Source: Epiperipatus broadwayi (lineage: Eukaryota > Animalia > Onychophora). Taken from it: 64,000 nucleotides of DNA. A program made the translations under genes and the position numbers. Below, one piece after another: positions 53,301 to 64,000 of the stretch. Numbering within the stretch: the first letter of the stretch is position 1; the number at the start of each line of letters is the position of its first letter. The notes under the pieces are model-generated. The model saw only the letters and a program-made list of their open reading frames with translations. It was not told where the DNA came from and searched no databases. Location: the NCBI GenBank assembly GCA_028023455.1, contig JAQFVV010000001.1, positions 25,792,001 to 25,856,000 of the forward strand, written 5' to 3'.

Positions 53301-54915
53301 TTCTCACATCAACACAATACAGAAAAATGGCAAAAAATCTTATACAAAGTAAAGATACAAAATTGCAAGCATTACTCAAAAAACATTGCAGGTACTTCAG
53401 GGATTCAGAAAAAGTAAACTAACATTATATTTCCAAACAATTCTTTATGATCTACCTAAAATCCATAAAAATCATGTTCCATTAAGACCTATTATTAGTT
53501 CTAGAAATTTACCTTGCCAAAATTTGTCAAGATTGCTTCTCAAAGTTCTTAGTTTTTTGGCATACAAAAACCTGTTCTTCATTAAGGACTCTAAACACTT
53601 TGCAGAATTAATCAAAAACTTGAATATTGAATGAACTGACATACTAGTAATATTTGATGTGGAAAGTTTATTCACAAATGTATCATGTGAAAAAGCATTG
53701 TCTATTGTAAGAAAATAATTAAACAGTAATAATAACTTACAAACTAAAACAGCTCTTCCTCTATTGATAGTATAATAAAACTATTATCATTCTGCATAAC
53801 AAAAACTTACTTTCAATACAACACAGAATTTTTAATAAAATCAAGAATGGCCATAGGTTCACTATTGTCACCCATGATTAACAATATTTACTTGGAAGAA
53901 CTTGAAAGCACAGATATAAAGAGTACTCCATATCCATCTAAATTTGACTTTGTTATGTTGATGCTACATTTGTTGTTTGGCCACATGGTGGAGCACTACT
54001 ACAAACTTTCTGGAAACATGTCAGCAACATACCTCCTTCAATTAAATTTACAATAGAATCAAAACAAAAACAAAAACTTGGCATTTCTTAAATGTTCTTG
54101 TGACAAAACCTCCACATGGCACAATCAAACTACAGTTTACAGAAAACCCACACATATAGGAAAATACTTTTGTACACACCTCCTTTCACCCCTGAAACAC
54201 AGAATTTGGAAGTTATATTATCTCTATGGTACAAAGTAAACGATGTTTGTTCAGAAACCCATGATTTGGAAAAAAGAAAAAACCTATATAAATCAAACTC
54301 TTATAAAAAATGGTTACTCATTAGTTGACATTAAGAAATCCTTAAATCAACAACAAAAAAAAACCATCAAAGAAAAAAATATTAGTACTGTAGGGTATCC
54401 TTGCACATCAAATATAATAGACAAATTAAGAAAAATCTGAAATCAGTAAAACAACAGAACAGCTTTCCAGAACCATACCACACTATGAGTAATTCTAACA
54501 TCTACAAAGACTAAACTTAAAATACTGAAAAGCAAAAACTGCCTCTATGACATACCCATGTGAATGTAGAAGAATGTATATTAATGAAACTGATCTCTCC
54601 ATTGAAAAGTAATTGCAAGAACACAAATTGATGATTCAAAGAGAGAAAACAGATATTTATAAGGTAGCAAACAATATATTTACCAATAAAACATATGTTT
54701 AACTGGGAAAATACAAAAGTTTTGGGTATAGAGAAAAAGGTACAAAGAGTAAAATTTAAAGAAGCTGCTTTCATGACATTGGTGAATAACTCCATAAGTC
54801 AATCTAGTGTAACTATACATAATATATGGAACTAATCAACTTCACTCTTAAAAATGGAGCAATCAATAGGACACTCATACATAAGTTTATAAAATTTCTA
54901 CTGACCACTGCCTTT

Positions 54916-55008
54916 GGCAAGATGGCTCAGTTGGTTAGAGCATTAACTTAAAATTCTATGTTCAAGAATCTAAGGGTGCAGATTTGATTCCCATTCTAAT
55001 CACTAGTC
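54916..55008 (+). promoter_or_regulatory. tRNA-like Pol III promoter segment in the PLE 3' repeat (inverted copy at about 52170-52262; third copy at about 17100-17176)
   Basis: A-box TGGCTCAGTTGG(TTAGAGCA) at 54923-54934; degenerate B-box gatttgattcc at 54981-54991. Confidence 0.65.
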
Positions 55009-55011
55009 AAA

Positions 55012-55082
55012 CCAGCAATATCTGAAGAAGAAAGGAGAATAATATCACTTGAAAGGTTGGAAATAAACTAACCTATGTGCTA
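55012..55082 (+). ncRNA. Degenerate hammerhead motif in the PLE 3' repeat (inverted copy at about 52098-52165)
   Basis: CTGAAGA(A) at 55022, GAAA at 55051, stem III AGGTT(G)G/C(T)AACCT then A (UA triplet at 55074-55075). Stems I and II are eroded. Confidence 0.5.
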
Positions 55083-57259
55083 TTACTAACAGTTGAATGT
55101 AATTGGAATATTAAAATAAAGTTATTTTTTTCTAAAGACATTCAATACTTAATATTAGATAATGGAAAATACTACCATCATTACAAACCTTCAGAAAAAC
55201 ACAAAGAACAGTTTAGTTCTTGATTATCAATATTTTGATCAGTTTTATCATGTATATCAAGAAACAAGTTGGTTAATCGATTGATAAATTTTATATTGGA
55301 AAAATTACATTAAATAAATATTTTCTAAACTGTTGTGCCACACTTTGATGGCTTGTTTTGAATACCATGATATAAAAATTAAGAAAGAGCTAATTATATT
55401 AGATCAGTGTATTTTCATGAGTTTTGATAGTATATTAAAACCTCATTATAAGCCTTTATAATAACATCTGTTAATATCATTAATATTATAGCAACAATAA
55501 AAAATAATAAAACACATTGCTTGATGTATCTCCACAATTATTCAAATTAATCTGTTTTCAATATTTATGCTTTGGTGCATTGAGATCTATTAAATAATTT
55601 TAATTTCTCAACCATAAACATTATCATTTTTTAAATCATCAAAAGATTTAAACACTTAAATATTATGGATACAAATTGTGATTCTAGATGGTGCTGTTTT
55701 TTTTTCAATAACATTTTTTTAATAAGTCATTTCTAATTTTAATTTGATACTTCTATTAAAGGTAGGAAGATCATTAAAAACATGAACAACTATTTTGAAT
55801 TTACATCTCTTTTTAAATCTTAAAAAGTATTTGATATATCAATAGGGCAGAGCAATTAAAAGATGTAATCTCTCATTATATGATTACTTTTCATATTTTC
55901 ATAAATTTTGACGAGTGCTTTAAACTTTTTGCATTTTATCTATTAAAATAAATAATCTAATTTGAAAATTTCTATTCTCTATAAATTTTAAAATGTAATA
56001 AATCAGTAAACCTTGTGGATAACCTGATTATACTACTTGTTTACAATTACTGCATTTTTTGGAGTGATTACCTAATTATTAAACCAAATCACATTCTTCA
56101 TATCATTTCAGATAAATCTAATGACATTTCACATTAAAATCACTATATTTGTGAAACGTCATATATTTTTATTTAGCATATTGTTATATTTCTTCTTAAG
56201 ATAATCCTGTTCATCTGCAAGTTATTGAAGTTAACATAGATTATTAAAAGCACTTTTTTCACATACTATAACATGATCAGCTTTATTTTTTGTACTGTAG
56301 AATGATGAATACAAAAGTCAAAGATTCTAGAAGTGATTTTCTGTCAAGAAAAATAAAAAAAATATTCATTTTAATTAATTAAAATTTTCAACTATTTGCA
56401 AAACTATTGATCATATGATTTTTTAAAAATAGATGTGTAATAAAGCTTTCTATAAAATAAAATAAAATCACAACAAAATAAACACAATTATCTGGAGAAA
56501 AAATAATATTTTTGACTCTAATTATTGGTTCAGGAAAAATCAAAAGTCATTAGCTTAAAGAATTCAAAAAGTATTTGAAAAACGAAAATATAACAGTATA
56601 AATTTATAAAATATAATGATAATGTTTAGAAAACAATAATTTTTACTTCTTTGTCTGTTGGTTGGATATTTTATTTATTTTATATGTTTTTCATTTTCAA
56701 AGTATATTTTTCTTGTAACATATTTTCTCACTTTCTTTATGCCATTTTTCATAAGCTTTAGAAAGCATTTATAGTTTTCAAATGACAGAACTTAAATAAA
56801 TCCCCTTTGTAAGCTTTCCTATATAAAATCCTCAGTTCAATCTTATGGCTTTCATCAATGAGAACTTTTGAATCTTGGAATAATGTGACTGGATCATTAG
56901 GATCTAATGCACTTTTCCTCTCACTTTTATTAATTACCTCTATGTTTTACTATCAAACTATTAACCCAAACTGAAAAGCACATCTAAGCCAACTTGCTTG
57001 TATAGTCATATAAAAGTGAATATAGTTCAGTTTTTATATACTATAGTGTTCTTAGTTTTTTAATAACTAAAGTTATCTCCTATTATCTGGCCAAAATTTG
57101 GTATATACCAGAAAAATATCACTTGACTTATTGCATGACTTGAGCTTATATATTGCTGTTTTAGTAATATACTTTTTCAACTTCTTTATACCATTTACCA
57201 TAAGTCAAAAGTTAAAGATGGCTTTAATTATTAAAAAATTAAGGATATCATAATATATT

Positions 57260-57530
57260 GGAACTGAATTGGATTCAGTTCTATATGATTATACAAGCAA
57301 GTTAACAGTTGCACTGTTCCAGGATTCAAAGCTCCTCAGTAATGAAAATCATGAACTTAAAACTAGTCTGGGGATTTTGAATAGGAAACCACACATTAGA
57401 AATTTATTAAGCACTGTCTGGCAACTATTATTGCTTTCTAAGCTTGCTGTAAATGACATAAAGAAAGTGAAAAAGTATGTTACTAAAGCACCAATATATG
57501 AGCTGAAGTCATATGTTAGGTCATGTGATA
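57260..57530 (+). mobile_element. Possible Tc1/mariner transposase C-terminal remnant
   Basis: Frameshifted LFQD.., VWGF..., HTLE and 'VW' motifs in DDE/D order. Weak. Confidence 0.25.
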
Positions 57531-58462
57531 TTTTATTGATGTATATTTTACTTGTGTATAATGTTTAATTTTTGTTTTGCTAATAATTAAGATTATATAA
57601 AATTCTAACTTATTTTTTATAATGATGCTTATTTGTTAAATATTCCAATTAAAATAATTATAAATGAAATCTATAAAAACGCTAAGCAATAAACAAGTAA
57701 TGGATTTGTGCAGGTTTATTACTTTTTTATTTATGATTTTATCGTTTAAAAATTATTTTACATCATCAAATTTAATTATTTATGGTAAAGAAATATTATC
57801 TAAAAATACTTGTTATGGTTAATTAATAAATTAAAATATAGCAAAAAAACAAGTAGATTTTTATACTGGGTTTGTTTTTTAATAGAAGCATAACTAAATC
57901 ATCTGCTAGATATTGTGACAAAAAAAAATTGCTATTCGCTGAAGAAAAATATTTTAAAAAATATTATGTGATGTTTAATTTTTAATTAAGGATAAATAAT
58001 TATTCATAGTCGTAGAGCAATGTGGGTTACACAATGCTCTGTCATGTTTTATTATAAAAAGTACAACGTATTTTTAAAAATTAGCAATGGCAAAATAATT
58101 ACTTATATGCCCTCAAATTTTTTGCAAAAACATCGTGAATAAAATAAAGCAGTTTTAAATATGTATACTAATAGCCAATAACGAATATACATTTTATTGT
58201 AATTAAAATATATACTGAAGTGCATATTAATAATGAATAATATTCTGTAGTGTAATTTTCCACTACACTATTCTCACTCAAGTTAGAGACTGGTTTCTAT
58301 CCACTTTTAACACCTTGTGAAGGGATGTAATCATAAACATATGACCAAAGACATGTGAACAAGATCTATGATCTCCAAGATGTACATTTCATGCTGAATC
58401 AGCACTTATCAGATGTCCCAGACCACAATCTCTTACACATAACTTTATCAAAAATGTTCAGT

Positions 58463-58780
<318 letters not shown>

Positions 58781-59999
58781 TACTACAGTTTAATCGATAA
58801 GTATCACATGTGCTGCCTTCACAACTTTGACACAAAACACTTAATGAAAGTATATTAATAACTATTATTAGTCATTCCTTAGACTAGAGATTATCCAATA
58901 ATGAATAATATTGTTTGTGCAACATTTTATTTTTACATTAAAAATTTATTACATATTGAATATTTATGTTAAATTATTTTTTTAAAAAAATGTATAATTA
59001 TTTTTAAAAAATTAAGCTTAAAAATAATGGATTGAAATAAAAATTATGAAACCGTAAGTTGAAATGTTTGTATTTTGATAACATTACCCCCCCACACACA
59101 CACACACACACAAATAATAAATAAGTTCTGATATTGCTTTTGGGAGGAAATATTGAGATTATATTTTAGATAAAATAAAATCATAGCAGATATAAAAATA
59201 AAACCACAGGAAAAAAGTTATTTCAATGCATAGCATTGATAAAACTTTACTCCTATGGTAAATTTAAGCATTAAAATAAGCACAAAAAAACTGTTAAAGA
59301 CTTTTTTAAACCAAATTAAAAATCTTTCAAATTATTATTATTATTACTATCATCATCATCATAATTATTATTATCATTATTACAATTAATAATTGTTTAC
59401 ATAAAACACGTGCATCTAATTTATTTTACATTAAGGCTTGTCACTCTAACACATTAAAATCTTCATCTTTGTTTTATTTGCCTAGCATTTATAATCAAGA
59501 TTTTAATAATGAAAATAATTTTGTATTAGATTTTTAAAAATTTGTTACTAATCTTATAAGAAAATATGATATGTAGACATATTCATAATTTGATATTTAT
59601 GCTTGCTTATTTATATTATTGCATATTAATTATGGTGCAATTCTGTAATTGGCTTAATGCTGTAGTTTTGTACGGTAAATAAAATGAATTGAATTATTAT
59701 ATTATCATCATTATTGCTATTATTAGCTTTCAAAAGGACTTTATTGCATATAACAAAAAAAAGGTTACATTAATAATTATTTTACCACATGCAGATAAAT
59801 TGAAATTAACATAAGCAAATTAAAAATTGTAATTTGGGGGAGAGGGGCCAACAAAACAAAGGTTATGCATGTGGTTTACAAATTTGAGTTTACATTTTTC
59901 TACATACACATCCAATTTTATACACTAACAAGGCTCTTAGTTTTTTCTTTTATTAATCTTTTCATGCTATAATTTTGAGCATTGTTGCAATATGAACCT

Positions 60000-60300
60000 A
60001 GTGACTGTGTACATCTCTTAGAATACATTTTTTTCATCCCTTAAGTAGAGTAGTTCCATTTTGTTCCAGAATGTATTTGGATGTGAATATTATCAAATGT
60101 AAGGCAGATAAAAACAAAATGTTCTTGAGTTTCACTCTCTCTATAACATAACCAAAATATGTCTTTTGTATTTATGTAATGCCATCTGAATCTATAAAAG
60201 TATAATGTTGGTAGTGCTTCAAGATTTAATTTGAGCAGAAAATCATAATATTTTGGTTCTAATGACTAGAATTTGTATTTTCAAGTTAGTTGTCTATTGT
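60000..60300 (-). mobile_element. Possible LINE ORF2 C-terminal CCHC zinc-finger remnant
   Basis: Minus frame LCYRESETQEHFVFICLTF resembles 'C..C...ET.EH....C'. Confidence 0.35.
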
Positions 60301-61919
60301 TAATGTTTAGAATTAGTCTTTTATCATTTAAGGGAGAGCAAATTATCTGGTATATATCCCAATATTTAAATTTATCTTGAGGTGGTGAATAAGAAAAGTT
60401 TGGAATGTTGAGAATTAATGTAAGCAAGACTTTCCAGTATCCATTGACTTGTGGTGGCTCTTCTTTTGGGGTAAACTTGAACACTTTCCTGTATAGGAAT
60501 AAATGAGCACAAGCACAAATGAGATTTAATGTCTTAATTGAATGTTAAAAATATTTATTGAATATAGTTCCAAACCATTTTGTATTAAAGAGCTTGAATA
60601 TATTTTAGTAAAATTATAACAATCTTTTTTCTCCACAGCAACTTTCTACGAAGTGAATTTATTGTTATTGTTACTGTTACTGTTATTGATGTTGTGGTTG
60701 TTGTTATTATTGTAGTTGTTGTTGTTGTTATTAAAATCATGGCATTATTAATGATTTTAAATTGATAAATCATGGAATTCCACAAGGTTCTGTACTTGAA
60801 ATTTTACTTATATTCTATGTAGTTATTTTGATTAATATTTTGTAATTATGACTCCTCACACAAATATTTCCTTGTTTGGAGTTATATTCCAACTTAAGCA
60901 TGTGCATCTACATTTCATTAAATAGATTTTATTACATCTTCGGTATATATATATATATAATTTGTTTAATTTTCAAAAACATTTTATAAAGATTTTTAAA
61001 AATTTTAATAACTCACATAAACATTTAGCAAACCATTGTTGCCACAAGGTAGCAAATCCTATTCACATAACCAATGTATTTTTTTCCCAATCGTAGCATT
61101 TAATAACTTACACAATGTATTAACATTATTTTTAACTAAGCCTTTACTACCACTACATCCATTAAAATTGAAAATACTTAACCATTTATTATTAATATTG
61201 GCTAAAAGTTTTCTATTCTCCTCACTATACAAACTACGCATTTTAATGCTTTGTTTTAGAAAATGATGCAGAATCTATATAAAGATGTTTTTCTATATAA
61301 TTTCTATTATCATCCTATTTCTGCCCAAATAGTTATCAGGTTGATTGGTTGTCACTCAAATGCTGCACAGCGGTAGCTGATTCATTGAAAATTTAAAAAA
61401 AAAAAATTGCATGAAAACTACAAGCATCACATCAACAGAAATCCCACCATTCGTTGCTTTATTAAAATCTCTTTCAAATAGTGTATCTCAAGTTGAAATC
61501 CAATAAAATTTGAATTGTTTATTAATATTTTTATTAATAGGTTCATTTATTTTTTTTATTCTGCTCAGTTTACAAGTTTGCATAAAGAAGAACAATAGCA
61601 GAATTTTTAATTGGCCAGACACATTACTAAAATGGATTAAAAGTGCATTGATAATTCACATTTCAAGGCCTTCAAAATGTAATCAGAATATCCAGTTGTA
61701 AGTATTCAATTTTTATTTTTTTAATTATTTGAATAACACTTTAAAATTTTTATAATTATTTGGTAAATGGTATACTTTATTAATGTGTTTTCATTTGTAT
61801 TGGTATGTTTATGTAGTATATAAATTATATAATATTAAATCATTTATGGGCTTTATTATATAGTATATAAGTTTGCATTCAAATATAACAAAAGTAGTTT
61901 ATGTACAATGTAATTTTTA

Positions 61920-62400
61920 GGCTCTGATCCAAATTTTGCCACATCTTGCATCACATTATTTTTAAGTCTATAGATAGCAAATGAGCTATATGCAAATGAA
62001 TTATATCTCTGTGGGACAATAAATATAACAAGATAGCATCATTGATGTGCATAAAGAATATAAATATCACTGGTGTACACAAAAAATATAAAATGAAGAG
62101 ATGAAACTCATTTTATCATTGATACAGAGAATAGCCTACAATTTCTAGTTTTAGATAGACAAGAAGCCAATTGCTATGATGGTAAATGCATATTTATCTT
62201 CTGGAAATGATTTGTTTTGTATCTTTTATTAGGATGAATCTTTTTTATATAGACGTCTTGAGATTTGTTAACTTTTGGGGTACAAGATAAAAATGAAAAA
62301 TTCTTATGCAATTGGTTTTGGAAATTCTGAAGCTATGGATTATCTCTGGTACGAAGTATTATACATAGTTTGAAAGATCATTTTGTGAGGAATACAAAGA
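61920..62400 (+). mobile_element. piggyBac transposase remnant
   Basis: Frame fragments ANELYANELYLCGTINITR (LA..L....Y.CGT.R.NR) and DKKPIAMM (W.D.K.V.ML) in the correct order; many stops. Confidence 0.5.
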
Positions 62401-64000
62401 AATTATCAATGAAGATGTAATTTAAAGTTAATTAATGATAAATTAGAAATTATGAACAAACAATAAAATAATAATTATTTCAGATGTTGAAATTTCTTTT
62501 TTTTCTTATTTTTTAAATGGTAATCACTGTTTGTCTTAGCCTTGTTGTTTTTCTTAATTCTTCTAGTCTCTGTCAATGTAAAGGTTTTTGCTCTAACATT
62601 ATTAAAACTGAAGTTATTGTGAAAATTTGTGTCTCAAGTCAGTTTTTTAAAATTCAATATGATGCCAAGAACCATACTAGTAGTTTAAACATTCAATGTT
62701 TTTAGTTTGCAAAAAGCATCCACAAAATTGGGAATACTAATTCTAATCAAAAAAAACATAGTAGTCTCTCAGAAAATAATAGTTATAATCATAGCTTCTT
62801 TTTTTTTTTTCAGAACAACCCAATGCTATTTTTAAAATTGAAAATAAATAAATATCATGATTTTATCTCAGATATAATAAATCATTGCCTAATAATAAAT
62901 CTTAGCTCATGATAAATTAAAAAAAAAAAACATTTATAATTACATTTTAGAGATGATTAAATATTAACTTTTATTTATTCATTTTGTTCTTTTTCTTTTA
63001 CAGACTAACTAAATAAACATGCTATTCTATTTTAATTACAATTCAATACTAATTATTGTTTTTATTATTAAATCAATTTACAAAAAACAACATTTATGTA
63101 AATAACAATTTGCAGAAAAAACTTAGATTACTAAATGATCTGGTATTGTGCTTTAATGGAAAATTGTTTGCAGATGTATTTGAAAGTAAATAAAAATGCT
63201 GCCATTTTAGTAAGCACTCTATCCTTCAACACTGAAGCACCACTAATGTGGCCAAGTTATAATCAACCTTCAGCATTAGCATTCATAATATCTACAAACT
63301 GTTACAGATATCTACATAAGAAATTCCAATTGTCATTGAAAAATAAAAAAACACACAGAAATTTCATAAAAATAAGCTATAAAATTGTCCCTGATATTAT
63401 GTTCTTAAAATTAACTACTAAACTAATTTAAAAACAAGTATAACTATTTATCCCAACTACAGCATCGAAATAAATTACTAAACCAAGATAAAAACATGAC
63501 AAAAAAATTACTAATGTAATCAAAACATTATATTATATTAAATAAAAACAATAAAAAATTCAAAACAATATTTAGAATTTAGAAACATTAATAATTAGAA
63601 AATTAAAAAAAGCATAATTAAAACACTATGAATATTACATGAATTAAATGAAATAAAATAAAAATTTCAAAAACAATATTTAAAGTTTAGCAAACATTAA
63701 TATTTGACCAAAAAATACTAAACTAATATAAGAATTTATTTAAAAACTATGCTTAAAGTATTTTACTTTTAGAATATTGTGACATAATATAAACATGCTT
63801 AATGAAAGTATGACAGCAGAAAAATGTGGTGAATGTAATGTCAAATGTGAGTTATCATTTGATCATGTTAATGGTGCTTCTGCGGCTCCCACAGTGTCAA
63901 AAATAGTACTTATTAAAAAGCACCAAAAACATTGCTAAAAAAAATTTCAACTGAATTGTGAATAAGAATTTCATCATACTAAAAATGAATTAAAAAAATT

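Larger units (their letters stand above)
52004..55177 (+). mobile_element. Penelope-like retroelement (RT + GIY-YIG), decayed, with inverted pseudo-LTR arrangement
   Basis: Frameshifted ORF about 52610-54830: LYDLPKIHKNHVPLRPIIS, FIKDSKHF, FDVESLFTNV, MAIGSLLSPMINNIYLEELE, degenerate RYVDD, and PCECRRMYINET...LQEH (GIY-YIG). About 52004-52606 is an inverted copy of about 54501-55177. Confidence 0.92.

Noticed and set aside
61280-61500. Candidate TM2 exon of the receptor or a nested minus-strand exon (DTLFERDFNKATNGG...)
   Set aside because: No 'I.MSSP..N' TM2 motif and no consistent splice-bounded open frame. The next receptor exon probably lies beyond the window.

Overview
Very AT-rich, CpG-depleted eukaryotic DNA, animal and probably arthropod-like (inference from the repeat and gene content). 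It is mostly intronic sequence of one large plus-strand gene. Six GT-AG exons (12658-12834, 12911-13120, 13216-13461, 22072-22135, 30203-30292, 50153-50303) splice in frame into about 312 codons of a divergent GABA-B-type class C GPCR, covering the C-terminal half of the Venus flytrap (VFT) domain and TM1. I could not find the flanking exons in the window. The introns are full of decayed mobile DNA: RTE-like LINE fragments, two hAT transposons nested in one RTE, a Penelope-like element (PLE) with inverted terminal repeats, tRNA-Gly-derived SINEs, MITE/foldback hairpins, a piggyBac remnant and microsatellites. The most interesting signals are: (i) a non-coding ~960-bp element at 40071-41029 with three minimal hammerhead-ribozyme (HHR) motifs in inverted-plus-tandem arrangement, with a 418-nt HHR-to-HHR unit (retrozyme-like); (ii) a PLE family whose 3' repeat contains a tRNA-like Pol III promoter directly upstream of a degenerate HHR, seen in three copies; (iii) a probable decayed antisense VFT-receptor paralogue nested in the 20-kb intron. 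Most ORFs in the supplied track are chance ORFs or transposon debris. All homology calls are by eye; no database search or folding program was run.
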